Positions 1 to 9,163 of a DNA stretch of 64,000 nt are shown piece after piece. The stretch's first letter is position 1. Every line of letters starts with the position of its first letter. Source of the DNA: Murinocardiopsis flavida (lineage in GTDB: Bacteria > Actinomycetota > Actinomycetes > Streptosporangiales > Streptosporangiaceae); the NCBI RefSeq assembly GCF_003014485.1, contig NZ_PYGA01000023.1:46160-110159 (forward strand), given 5' to 3'. Under the pieces are notes generated by a model. The model saw only the letters and a program-made list of their open reading frames with translations, had not been told where the DNA came from and did no database searches. The position numbers and the translations under genes are program-made.

Positions 1-1030
1 CCCACTCGTGTGCCGCGTGCGGCCCGCCGCCCACGGCGCCGAACCCGTCGAGTGTGGGGACGCCGAGGGCCGCGCAGATGTTGGCGTCGGAGATGCCGCC
101 GACGGCGGCGGACTCCGGCGGCCGCAGGCCCAGCGCCGCGGCGTGCTCGGCCGTGCGGGACAGCAGCGCGGTGGCGGCGGACTCCTCCATGGGCGGCCGG
201 TTCGGGCCGCCCTCGACGCGCACGTCGACGCCGCCCGCCGCCCCTGCGAACGTGCGGATGCGGGTGTCCACCCGCTGCTGGTCGGCCGCAGTGCCGACCC
301 GCACGTCCAGGTGGAGTTCGGCGCGGTCGGGGACGGTGTTGACGGTCCGCCCGGCGCTGGCCATGGTGGGTGTGACGGTCAGCCCGTCCTCCGGCGCGTT
401 GAGCAGCACCGACTCTGCGACGAGCTCGGCCATGCGCACCAGGGCGTTGCGGCCCTTGTGCGGCTCCAGGCCGGCGTGGGCCGCCCGGCCCCGGCACTGG
501 AGGGTGTAGATCGACCACCCTTTGCGGGCGCGTTTGAACGCGCCGCCGTCAGCGGCGCCCTCCAGGACGAGGACGGCCTGCGCCGCCAGCGCCTCCCGCT
601 CGATCAGCGCGCGGCTCGCAGCCGAGCCGACCTCTTCGTCACCCGTGACGAGGAACGTCACCGGGACCCGCCGGCCGACTGCCGCCATCGCGTACAGGCC
701 GACCAGCAGGCCGGCCTTCATGTCGAACGCGCCGGGACCGAGTGCCCGCCCGCCGTCCACCCGGAACGGCCGCTCGGCGATCGTGCCGAGCGGCCACACG
801 GTGTCGCGGTGGCCGAGCAGGAGGACCCGGCCCGGTGCGTCCGGCGGCCCGTTGCGCCACACCAGCGACGACGGGCCGTCCTCCGACGCCAGGCGCTCGG
901 GAGGCGCCCCGGTGATCCGCTCGCCGAGGTCGGCGAGGAGGTCCCCGCACTCCTCGACCGCGCCGAGGTCGGCGGAGGGCGACTCCGCTTCGACCAGCGC
1001 ACGCAGCGCTTCGGCGAAGTCCTCGGCCAT
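1..1030 (-). CDS. M20 family metallopeptidase/amidohydrolase (ArgE/DapE-like); 3' end runs off the window
   Basis: The minus-strand frame is open from 1030 to the window edge. Start ATG is at 1030 with an AAGGAGAT SD 8 nt upstream. Translation reads MAEDFAEALRALVEAESPS...LLLGHRDTVWPLG...AFDMKAGL, matching M20 metal-binding motifs. This frame is not in the ORF track because its stop lies outside the window. Confidence 0.7.
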   Translation of the reverse strand, partial: MAEDFAEALRALVEAESPSADLGAVEECGDLLADLGERITGAPPERLASEDGPSSLVWRNGPPDAPGRVLLLGHRDTVWPLGTIAERPFRVDGGRALGPGAFDMKAGLLVGLYAMAAVGRRVPVTFLVTGDEEVGSAASRALIEREALAAQAVLVLEGAADGGAFKRARKGWSIYTLQCRGRAAHAGLEPHKGRNALVRMAELVAESVLLNAPEDGLTVTPTMASAGRTVNTVPDRAELHLDVRVGTAADQQRVDTRIRTFAGAAGGVDVRVEGGPNRPPMEESAATALLSRTAEHAAALGLRPPESAAVGGISDANICAALGVPTLDGFGAVGGGPHAAHEW

Positions 1031-1102
1031 GGACGGATCTCCTTCGCGACGGGTAGGGAACAGTTTCGGCGAGTGACTGACGCGCTGTAATGATCCGTTG
1101 GT

Positions 1103-2770
1103 ATGAAGAACGGCACGGAACTTGTCGTGTACGACAAGGAGGAGTACGTGCAGGGACCACTGTTGAGCACCGTCACCGAGACCCTCGGCACGACGGTCAT
1201 GGCGGTGTGGGTCGACGCGGCGGACCCCGGTGCGCGCTGCGACGACGTCGTCATCCACGACGCCGCGGCCGAGTTCGCCGCCGGCCCGGGCGACCTGCTG
1301 CTCGCCGTGGGGGTCGACCCGGCGACGGCCGTCGGCGTCATCGACGCCGCTGCGCGCCACCAGGTGACCGCCGTCGTCGTCCGGGCCACACCGGAGCTGC
1401 GCGCGTGCCTGAGCGGGCCCGCGCGCCGCGCCGGGGTGGCGCTGCTCGGGCTGGCGGCCGACGTCGGCTGGGCGCGCTTCACCGGGCAGCTGCGCGGCCT
1501 GCTCACCACCACCGGCGCGGAGGTCGACGCGGGCCCGGCGGGGCCGCCCTCCCGGGAGCTCGCCGACTTCGCGAACGCGCTGTGCGAGTCGGTCGGCGGC
1601 TCCGTGATGATCTTCAACCCGCAGCAGGAGGTCCTGGCGTTCTCCCGGCTGGCGGAGTCCGACGACCCGATGCGCCGCCAGGCGGTCCTCGACCAGCGCG
1701 GCCCCGCCTGGTACCGGGCGCGGCTGCGCGAACACGGCGTGTACCGGCGGCTGTGGCGCAGCGACGACGTCGTCGACATCCCCGCTGTCCCCGACCGCAA
1801 TGTGCGGCGCCGCATCGCGGTCGCGGTGCGCTCGGGCGACGAAATCCTCGGCTCCATCTGGGTCGCGGAGCGCGGCGCGCCGCTGGACCCCGACGCCAAG
1901 GTCGTACTGCGGGGCGCCGCGGCGTCGGCCGCGCAGTACCTGTCGCGCCTGGGTGCGCGCTCCCACACCCGGCGCCACGCCACCGAGGCGATCGCCCGCC
2001 GGGTCCTCGGCGGCGAGACGGACGACGAGGTGGTCGAATGGCTCGACTTCGACTGGGACCAGCCGTCGGCCGCCATGAGCTGCGTGTTCGCCGACACCGG
2101 GCAGGGCGACGCCCGCTCCCTCGCCGGCCTGCTCTCGGTCCACCTGCCCGCGATGGACTGCGTGGCCGTGCCGGTGCCCGCGCGGGGACGGGTGGACGTC
2201 CTGCTGTGCCAGCTCGGCGGGCGCGACGCCGCCGAACTGGCGACCGCCGCCCGCGAGGTCGTCCAGCGCGCCGCGGCGGCGTCGGGCGCCGCGGTGCTCG
2301 CCGCGCTCGGGCCGGTCGTCCCGGGGGCCGAGCGGGTCCCCGACTCGCTGGCAGAGGCCGACCTGGTGCTGCGCGTGCTGCGCCGCAGCGGGGCCGCCGA
2401 GACCCGGGTGGCCCGGCCCGAGGAGGTGCGCGCCGCTGCCGACGTCCTGGCGCTCGCCGACGAGGTGGGCAGCAGGCCGCGGTTCGCCCGCGGGCCGGTG
2501 CCGGACCTGCTCGCCTACGACCGCGAGCACCACACCGGGTACGCGGCGAGCCTGGCCGCGTACCTCGACGCGCTCGGCGACGTCATCGCCGCAGCGCGCG
2601 CCCTGCACGTCCACCCCAACACGCTGCGGTACCGCCTGCGCCGCATGGGTCCGATCTGCGGAATCGACCTGAACGACCCCGACGAGCGGCTCGTCGCGGC
2701 CCTGCACCTCCGCCGCGCCGATTTGGACCAGCCGACAAGCCGCGGCACGAAAGCTGAGAGCCCCGTCTGA
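1103..2770 (+). CDS. PucR/CdaR family transcriptional regulator
   Basis: 555 aa with a C-terminal PucR-type HTH (HTGYAASLAAYLDALGDV...HPNTLRYRLRRM). It is divergent from the M20 gene and sits upstream of the amidohydrolase operon. Confidence 0.8.
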   Translation: MKNGTELVVYDKEEYVQGPLLSTVTETLGTTVMAVWVDAADPGARCDDVVIHDAAAEFAAGPGDLLLAVGVDPATAVGVIDAAARHQVTAVVVRATPELRACLSGPARRAGVALLGLAADVGWARFTGQLRGLLTTTGAEVDAGPAGPPSRELADFANALCESVGGSVMIFNPQQEVLAFSRLAESDDPMRRQAVLDQRGPAWYRARLREHGVYRRLWRSDDVVDIPAVPDRNVRRRIAVAVRSGDEILGSIWVAERGAPLDPDAKVVLRGAAASAAQYLSRLGARSHTRRHATEAIARRVLGGETDDEVVEWLDFDWDQPSAAMSCVFADTGQGDARSLAGLLSVHLPAMDCVAVPVPARGRVDVLLCQLGGRDAAELATAAREVVQRAAAASGAAVLAALGPVVPGAERVPDSLAEADLVLRVLRRSGAAETRVARPEEVRAAADVLALADEVGSRPRFARGPVPDLLAYDREHHTGYAASLAAYLDALGDVIAAARALHVHPNTLRYRLRRMGPICGIDLNDPDERLVAALHLRRADLDQPTSRGTKAESPV

Positions 2771-2806
2771 ATCCCCCGGCGGGCCACGGAACGGATACTG
2801 GCACGC

Positions 2807-4144
2807 ATGAGCAACGCGGCACGCCTCAAGGACGACGCGCACGCCGCGATCGAGCGGCACGCCGAGGAGATCGCGGCGCTCAGCGACCACCTCATGCACC
2901 GCCCCGAACCCGGATACGCCGAGTTCGCGACGGCCGCGCACTTCGCCGAACGGCTGACGCGCATGGGCCTGCCCGTACGGACCGGGCTGGCCCGCACCGG
3001 GGTGCTGGCCACCATGGCCGGCCGGGGCGACGGCCCCTGCGTCGCCCTCGTCGGCGAACTCGACGCGCTCACCCTGCCCGAGCACCCCTTGGCCGACCCC
3101 GGCACCGGGGCCGCGCACGCCTGCGGCCACCACGCGCAGCTCGCCGCGGTCGCCGGTGCCGCGCTGGGCCTCAGCGCCGTCATGGCCGAACTGGACGGGT
3201 CGGTCGCGCTCATCGCCGCACCCGCGGAGGAACTCGGCGACCTCGACAGCCACCTCGACGCCGCCGCCGGAGCCCGCCCGTCCGGCGGCGGGCCGGAGTT
3301 CCCCGTGGGAAAGGCCGAACTGCTGCGCGAAGGGGCGTTCGACGGCGTCGACATGGCCCTGCTCGTCCACACCGGGCGCGGCGGCGGGCCGCGCTTCTCC
3401 GTGGGCGACACGCTCAACGGTTCGCTGGTCACCCGCGCGCGGTTCCGCGGGCGCTCCGCCCACGCGGGGTCGAGCCCGTGGCTGGGCGTCAACGCCCTCA
3501 AGGCGGCGGGGCTGGCTGCGCACGGCATCGACGCGCAGCGGGAGACCTTCGCCGACGAACACGCCGTCCGGCTGAACTACCTCCTCGCCCACGACCAGGG
3601 CGCCCTGGGGTCCGTCCCGTCGGCGGCGACGCTCCAGACCCTCGTCCGGGCGCGGACGGTCGAGGCGCTGCACACGGCCGCGGCCACGGTCGGCCGGACC
3701 GTGCGCGCCGGAGCACTCGCCTTCGGGGCGCGCGTCGAGGTCGACACCCTGCTCGGTTACCTGCCGCTCGATTCGGCCCCCGCACTGGACGACATCGTCG
3801 AGCGCAACGCCCACCGGGTCATCGGCGGCACGGGCACCGCGCGCGGCCGCCACCTGGGCGCATGCACCGACATGGGCGACCTCGGGCACGTCATGCCCGT
3901 GTCCCACCCCTACACCGGGGGCGCCGAAGGCGACCACCACAGCGCCGACTACCGGGTGCGCGACCACCGCGCGGCGGCGGTCGAACCCGCCCTGTACCTC
4001 GCGGGCGCGGTCATCGACCTGCTCGGCGACGGCGCGGCTGCGGCCCGCCACGTCCTCGGGGAGTCGCCCCCGCGCATGTCCGTACCCGAATACCTGGCCC
4101 TGCGAAGGGCGATGAGCCGCCACGACGAATGGGAGGACGTGTGA
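2807..4144 (+). CDS. M20D family amidohydrolase (aminoacylase/hippurate-hydrolase-like)
   Basis: 445 aa carrying the M20D motif AHACGHHAQ and conserved metal ligands. Its stop overlaps the next start (GTGA). Confidence 0.8.
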   Translation: MSNAARLKDDAHAAIERHAEEIAALSDHLMHRPEPGYAEFATAAHFAERLTRMGLPVRTGLARTGVLATMAGRGDGPCVALVGELDALTLPEHPLADPGTGAAHACGHHAQLAAVAGAALGLSAVMAELDGSVALIAAPAEELGDLDSHLDAAAGARPSGGGPEFPVGKAELLREGAFDGVDMALLVHTGRGGGPRFSVGDTLNGSLVTRARFRGRSAHAGSSPWLGVNALKAAGLAAHGIDAQRETFADEHAVRLNYLLAHDQGALGSVPSAATLQTLVRARTVEALHTAAATVGRTVRAGALAFGARVEVDTLLGYLPLDSAPALDDIVERNAHRVIGGTGTARGRHLGACTDMGDLGHVMPVSHPYTGGAEGDHHSADYRVRDHRAAAVEPALYLAGAVIDLLGDGAAAARHVLGESPPRMSVPEYLALRRAMSRHDEWEDV

Positions 4145-4899
4145 GCCGCACGGTTCTGGTCACCGGGGCCGCCGGAGGGATCGGCGGGGCGATAGCGCGG
4201 TGGTTCCTCGACGACGGCGCGTCCGTCGTCCTGAGCGACCGGGACGGGGAGCGGTGCGCCGCGGTCGCCGATGCGCTGCCCGCCCGCGACCGCGTCGACG
4301 TGCTCGCCGCCGACCTCGCCGACCCCGAGGCGGCGCGGGCGCGGGTGCGCGCCGCGTGGGCGCGCACCGGCCCGCCCGATGTCCTCGTGAACGCCGCGGG
4401 CCTGTACCCGAGCCGCACGCTCCTCGACATGGACGACGCCGAATGGCGCCGCGTCCTCGCCGTCAACCTCGACGGGCCGTTCGCGCTGGCGACCGAGTTC
4501 GGCCGCGCCCTGGCGGCGGAAGGGCGGCCCGGCTGCATCGTCAACGTCACCTCGGGCGCCGGAGAGCGGGCCCGGCGCGGTGCGGCCCACTACTGCACGT
4601 CCAAGGCGGGGCTGACGATGCTGACGAAGGCGCTCGCGCTGGAATTCGCCGAGCACCGCATCCGCGTCAACGCGGTCTCGCCGGGGTTCATCGACGTGGC
4701 CAGCGAGGTCAACCCGCTGCGGCCGGAGTACGTCCGCGCCATCGAGGCCGGCCGCCCGCTGCCGCGCCCGGGCACACCGGCCGACGTCGCCTCGGCGGTG
4801 GGCTACCTGTGCTCCGACGCCGCGGGATGGATCACGGGGTCCACCCTGACCGTCGACGGCGGCGTGGGCGCGGGCAGCGCCGCGCTCCCGATGTCCTAG
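4141..4899 (+). CDS. SDR family oxidoreductase
   Basis: GTG start overlapping the upstream stop. Contains the Rossmann motif VLVTGAAGGIGGAIA, NAAG, and the catalytic S...YxxxK (YCTSKAG). Confidence 0.85.
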   Translation: MSRTVLVTGAAGGIGGAIARWFLDDGASVVLSDRDGERCAAVADALPARDRVDVLAADLADPEAARARVRAAWARTGPPDVLVNAAGLYPSRTLLDMDDAEWRRVLAVNLDGPFALATEFGRALAAEGRPGCIVNVTSGAGERARRGAAHYCTSKAGLTMLTKALALEFAEHRIRVNAVSPGFIDVASEVNPLRPEYVRAIEAGRPLPRPGTPADVASAVGYLCSDAAGWITGSTLTVDGGVGAGSAALPMS

Positions 4900-5033
4900 C
4901 CCCTCCGCCGCCCCTGTCCCGCCGGGCGGCACCGCACGAGCGGGTGGGGCCTGGGGCCCGCCGCAACGGGCGGCGCGGCGGTCCCCGGCCCGTCCCACGC
5001 CCCGACGCCGTCCCACTGGAGTGAACACCCGCA

Positions 5034-5879
5034 ATGCCTTCCGGATACGTCTGCCTCACCTTCGACTTCGACGCGCTGTCGGTCTGGGTCGACCGCGGCC
5101 AGTTGTCCGCCACGCCGCGGTCGCGCGGGGAGTTCGCCGCCGTGGCCGTGCCGCGGCTGCTGAAGACCCTGTCCCGCCGCGGGCTGGCCGCCACCTGGTT
5201 CGTGCCGGGCCACACCGCGCACACCTATCCCGACCTGTGCCGGGAGATCCGCGACCACGGGCACGAGATCGCCCTGCACGGCTACGCGCACGAGAACGTC
5301 GCGACGATGGCGGTGGACGCGGAGCGGGCCGTCCTCGACCGGTCGATCGCCGCGATCACCGAGGTGACGGGGGTCCCCGCGCGCGGCTTCCGCGCACCTG
5401 CGTGGGACCTCTCCGAGAACACGGTCGCGCTGCTCACCGAGCGCGGGCTGCGCTATGACAGCAGCATGATGGGCCACGACCACGCGCCGTACTGGTGCCG
5501 CACCGGCGACCGGGTGGACGCGGCGGGCACCGTGTGGGGCGCCGAGGCCCCGCTGGTGGAGGTGCCGGTGAGCTGGACCCTGGACGACCTCCCGTACCTG
5601 GAGTTCCTGTCGTCGCCCGCGCGCACCCTGCCCGGCCTGCGCGACCCCGGGGAGATGTTCGCGAACTGGGAGCTGGACCTCCGCTACATGCTGCGCGAGA
5701 CCGCGCAGGGGGTCCTCACGGTCACCTGCCACCCCGAGGTGATCGGCCGCGGCCACCGGCTGCTCCGGCTGGAGGAGTGGCTGGACCGGATCGCGGAGGA
5801 GGACGTCGCCTTCAGCACCGTCGCCGAGGTCGCCGACCTGTTCGCGGCCGGAGTAGAGCTGGGCACCCCGAAGGACTGA
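5034..5879 (+). CDS. polysaccharide deacetylase (NodB/PuuE-like) family protein
   Basis: 281 aa. The NodB-homology motifs LTFDFD, HGYAHE and His/Asp ligands are present. It is the last gene of the PucR-adjacent operon. Confidence 0.75.
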   Translation: MPSGYVCLTFDFDALSVWVDRGQLSATPRSRGEFAAVAVPRLLKTLSRRGLAATWFVPGHTAHTYPDLCREIRDHGHEIALHGYAHENVATMAVDAERAVLDRSIAAITEVTGVPARGFRAPAWDLSENTVALLTERGLRYDSSMMGHDHAPYWCRTGDRVDAAGTVWGAEAPLVEVPVSWTLDDLPYLEFLSSPARTLPGLRDPGEMFANWELDLRYMLRETAQGVLTVTCHPEVIGRGHRLLRLEEWLDRIAEEDVAFSTVAEVADLFAAGVELGTPKD

Positions 5880-6239
5880 CCGGAACCCAACCCCCACGCC
5901 AGGGGGTGACTGCCGTCGCGGGCCCCCACTGCGCGATACTCCGCGAAGCGGGCGCAGTAGGGGACTGCGAAGCACCCGGCGGCACGAAGCACCACGCCGC
6001 CGGATCCCCGCCAGACCCTGGCCACCGCGCGCCTCATTGGGCCGACTCGTCCAACCCCCGTCTTGTCTTTTTGTTCTATTGGAGATATAACAACTAGAGT
6101 AGATGGAACAAGGAGGGGATCGGAATGCGACTCGACGCGGGCCGGACAGGCACCGGGAGCGCCGCCGACGCGGTCGCCCGTCGCGCCTGCTGTGGTGGGA
6201 TCGGGAATGCCACGCACGGTGCACGCCAAGGGGGCACGG

Positions 6240-6644
6240 GTGATCCTGAACATCGACCTCAACAGTGAGGTACCGATCTACCAGCAGCTGCGCGACCAGA
6301 TCGTGCACGCCGTCGCGTCGGGGGAACTGCGCGAGGGCAGCTCACTGCCTGCCACCCGTCAGCTCGGCGCCGACCTCGGTGTCAACTTCCACACCGTCAA
6401 CAAGGCCTACGACCTGCTGCGCCGCGAGGGCCTGCTGCGGCTCAACCGCAAGACCGGCGCCGTCATCCAGCGCGATCCCGCGTCCGGCCCGCCGCACCCG
6501 GCCTTCTACCCCGAATGGGAGGCACGCATGGGCGTGCTGCTCGCCGAGGCCATAGCCCACGGTGTCGAACCCGATCAGATCATCGAACGCTGCCGCGACC
6601 AGCTCGGATCGCTCCGCGGCGCCGAGAAGGGAAGAGGGACATGA
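6240..6644 (+). CDS. GntR family (YtrA-type) transcriptional regulator
   Basis: The N-terminal winged HTH reads (V)ILNIDLNSEVPIYQQLRDQIVHAVASGEL...LPATRQLGADLGVNFHTVNKAY. Start is probably GTG 6240, with AAGGGGG 5 nt upstream; the alternative ATG 6207 is in frame. Size is typical of YtrA. Confidence 0.7.
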   Translation: MILNIDLNSEVPIYQQLRDQIVHAVASGELREGSSLPATRQLGADLGVNFHTVNKAYDLLRREGLLRLNRKTGAVIQRDPASGPPHPAFYPEWEARMGVLLAEAIAHGVEPDQIIERCRDQLGSLRGAEKGRGT

Positions 6645-7825
6645 CCGCCGTGCTGCTGACCGTCCAACTGGTCATCGTCGTCACCGTCACCGCGCTCATG
6701 TGGCTGCTGCCGCGGACCAGCCGCGACACGCTGCCGTTCGGCGTCCGCGTCCCGCCCGGGCGGACCGCCGACCCCGCGATCACCGCCGCGACCCGCGGCT
6801 ACCGGGCCGCCGTCCTCTGCGTGAGCCTGCTGTCCGTCGTGGCGAGCGCCGTGCTGTGGCCGCTGATGTCGGCCGAGACCGCCATGAGCGGCGGGGCGGC
6901 GCTCCTGGTCGCCGGCGGTATCGGCGCCTACGCCGGCGCGCACCGCACCGTCCGGCGCGCCAAGGACCGCGAGCACTGGTACGCGGGGCTGCGCGAAGGC
7001 GTCGCCGTCGACACCGGGCTGCGCACCGACCCGGTACGCGTCCCATGGCTGTGGTCGCTACCGTCACTGGTGGTCATCGCCGTCGTCGCGATCACGGGCG
7101 CGGTGCTGTACCCGGGGCTGCCCGAGCGGCTGGTGATCTCGGTCCGCTACCACGAAGGCGGCACCGACTACTCGACCGCGGCGACGACTGTGGGGAGCGC
7201 GTTCGCCCTCGTCATCATCCAGGTGCTGGTCACAGCCCTCCTGCTGCTGATCCTGCGGTTCAGCGTGCGCGCCCGCGCCGACATCGACGCCGCCAACCCC
7301 CGCGAAAGCGCCGAACGCCACCGCCGCTTCCTGCGGATCTGGGCGTACTGCCTGCTGGCGACCGTCTTCGCGCTGAACGTGGCCTTCGGCGGGCTGGCGC
7401 TGATCATCTGGACGGGTTCCCTTGCCAGTGCGGGGCCCGCCGTTGCCGCCGTCGTCATCGTCCCGCTCCTCACCGGGGCCGCGCTGCTCACGGGCGCCGG
7501 GCTGCTCATCGGGCAGAGCGGCTGGCGGATGCGCGACGGAACCGGCGAGGACACCGGCTTCGTGCAACGCGACGACGACCGGTACTGGCACCTGGCCGGA
7601 ACGGTCTACATCAACCGCGCCGACCCCGCGATCCTGCTGCCCAAGCGCGCGGCCGGCCTCGGGTGGACGGTGAACCTGGGCCGCCCCGCCATCTGGCTCG
7701 TGCTCGGCCTGACCCTGGGCGCCCTCGCGGCCCTCGCCGTCGTCATCGTCTTCGGGCTGTCGGGAGACCTGGAGACCACCCAGTACGGCTGGCAGTTCGG
7801 CGCCGGGCCGCTCGGCCCCGAGTAG
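6641..7825 (+). CDS. polytopic integral membrane protein (DUF1648/SdpI-like candidate)
   Basis: ATG overlaps the GntR stop (ATGA) with a GAAGAGGGA SD. 394 aa with 8 or more hydrophobic segments. Coupling to a YtrA regulator is a common arrangement. Confidence 0.6.
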   Translation: MTAVLLTVQLVIVVTVTALMWLLPRTSRDTLPFGVRVPPGRTADPAITAATRGYRAAVLCVSLLSVVASAVLWPLMSAETAMSGGAALLVAGGIGAYAGAHRTVRRAKDREHWYAGLREGVAVDTGLRTDPVRVPWLWSLPSLVVIAVVAITGAVLYPGLPERLVISVRYHEGGTDYSTAATTVGSAFALVIIQVLVTALLLLILRFSVRARADIDAANPRESAERHRRFLRIWAYCLLATVFALNVAFGGLALIIWTGSLASAGPAVAAVVIVPLLTGAALLTGAGLLIGQSGWRMRDGTGEDTGFVQRDDDRYWHLAGTVYINRADPAILLPKRAAGLGWTVNLGRPAIWLVLGLTLGALAALAVVIVFGLSGDLETTQYGWQFGAGPLGPE

Positions 7826-8010
7826 CCCCGCCCGGCCACCGCCGACAGACCGCACCGACCACTGCTGACCGCGCCGCTCCGCGTTCATCGCACGGCGGGG
7901 GCCCGCGCCCATCCGGCCGGGCCCCCGCCGCCCCGCCCCATCCGTGCCGCCGCGCACCGGCGGAGCCATGCCCGCGCGACCCCACCGCCACCGCCATAAG
8001 GAGATCAGCC

Positions 8011-8991
8011 ATGCCCGCAGCACCGCCACCGGCCGGCACCGCCGTGCCCGGCTCCAGGATCGCCATCACCGTCTTCTGCCTGCTGTCCTTCGGTCTCGCG
8101 TGGGCCGCCGCCGCTCCACTGTGGATCAGCGGCGCGGGCCTGGCGCATCCGCAGGCCAAGCTGTTCATCATGGGGATGATGTTCTCCCCCGCCGTCGCCG
8201 CGTTCCTCGTCCTGCGGTTCGTCGCCCGCCCCGCGAGCATCCCGCGCGCGACCGGAATGACGCCGCTGCGCCCCGCACGGACCCTGATCCGCTACTGCGT
8301 CATCGGCTTCGCCATCCCGCCCCTGGTCATGCTGGTGGGGGTCCTGGCCGCGGCCGCCGCGGGCACGTACCGGCTCGACCTCGCCGACTTCTCCGCCTTC
8401 CGGGCGTTCGCCGCCCCGTTGGGGCTGGTCGGCGACGCGGACGGCACCGGGGTCCCCTTCGCCGCCCTCGGCCTCTTCGCCGCACTGCAACTGGTCGGCT
8501 GGGCGGCCGGCCTGCCCATGATGTTCGGCGAGGAATGGGGCTGGCGCGGCTACCTGCTGCCCGCCCTGCTTCACCTGGGCACCCTGCCCGCGCTGCTGCT
8601 CCACGGGGCCATCTGGGGCCTGTGGCACGCGCCGGTGATCCTGCTCGGGTACAACTTCGGCCGGCCCGACGCCGTCGGGCTCGCGGCGATGACCGCGTGG
8701 TGCGTGCTCATGGGCGTGATCCTCGGCTGGCTGCGGCTGGCCTCCGGCTCACTCTGGCCCGCCGTCATCGCCCACGGCGCGACCAACAGCGGGTCGGCCC
8801 TGTTCGTGGTCTTCGGCGACGCAAGCGCCGGCGCCGGCGACGCGGTGCCGATGGCGCTCTGGGTGGCGTCTGGGGCGGCGATGCTCCTGCTGATCACTCT
8901 CGGCGCCGCCCTGCCCCCGGTCCGCAACGCTGTGACGTCCCGCCTGCCGGGAGCACGGGGCGCACTCCGGCTCCGGCGCGCCGCCGATTAG
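8011..8991 (+). CDS. CPBP family intramembrane glutamic endopeptidase (CAAX protease / Abi-like)
   Basis: AAGGAGA SD 5 nt before the ATG. Motifs EEWGWRGYL, LWHAP and AHGATN match the EExxxR / FxxxH / HxxxN CPBP signature. Confidence 0.8.
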   Translation: MPAAPPPAGTAVPGSRIAITVFCLLSFGLAWAAAAPLWISGAGLAHPQAKLFIMGMMFSPAVAAFLVLRFVARPASIPRATGMTPLRPARTLIRYCVIGFAIPPLVMLVGVLAAAAAGTYRLDLADFSAFRAFAAPLGLVGDADGTGVPFAALGLFAALQLVGWAAGLPMMFGEEWGWRGYLLPALLHLGTLPALLLHGAIWGLWHAPVILLGYNFGRPDAVGLAAMTAWCVLMGVILGWLRLASGSLWPAVIAHGATNSGSALFVVFGDASAGAGDAVPMALWVASGAAMLLLITLGAALPPVRNAVTSRLPGARGALRLRRAAD

Positions 8992-9113
8992 CCGCCGGTT
9001 CTGCGCGGTCAAGATCGCCGCCGCCGTGCTGCTCGTGTTCTCCGTTCTGGCCACCCTCATCGTGCTGTGCCGGACGTACGGCCAGTAGCACGCCGGTGGG
9101 ACGTTCTCGGCGC

Positions 9114-9142
9114 CTGGAATCCCTTGTACGCAGGGATTCCAG
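9114..9142. promoter_or_regulatory. perfect 10-bp-stem inverted repeat ctggaatccc-N9-gggattccag between CPBP gene and SWIM gene
   Basis: Seen directly in the sequence. It may act as a terminator for the upstream gene or as an operator; there is no U-tract. Confidence 0.4.
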
Positions 9143-9163
9143 CCCGTTCGAGGCCCCGGGAAA

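Noticed and set aside
8-1090. 360-aa plus-strand ORF at the window start
   Set aside because: It lies antisense to a well-supported M20 peptidase reading frame. It is Gly/Arg/Ala-rich with no motifs and no SD, so it is a typical high-GC shadow ORF.
718-2097. 459-aa minus-strand ORF overlapping the PucR gene
   Set aside because: It is Ser/Arg/Thr-rich low complexity and antisense to a gene with a clear PucR HTH. It is a GC-frame artefact.
6125-6268. 47-aa ORF with perfect AAGGAGG SD overlapping the GntR start
   Set aside because: Its composition is Gly/Ala/Arg-rich and it is out of frame with the regulator. It is kept only as a flagged curiosity in the findings and not called as a feature.
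4896-6308. 470-aa minus-strand ORF antisense to the deacetylase gene
   Set aside because: It has no motifs and Arg/Gly/Pro-rich composition, and it overlaps a confidently called gene on the other strand.
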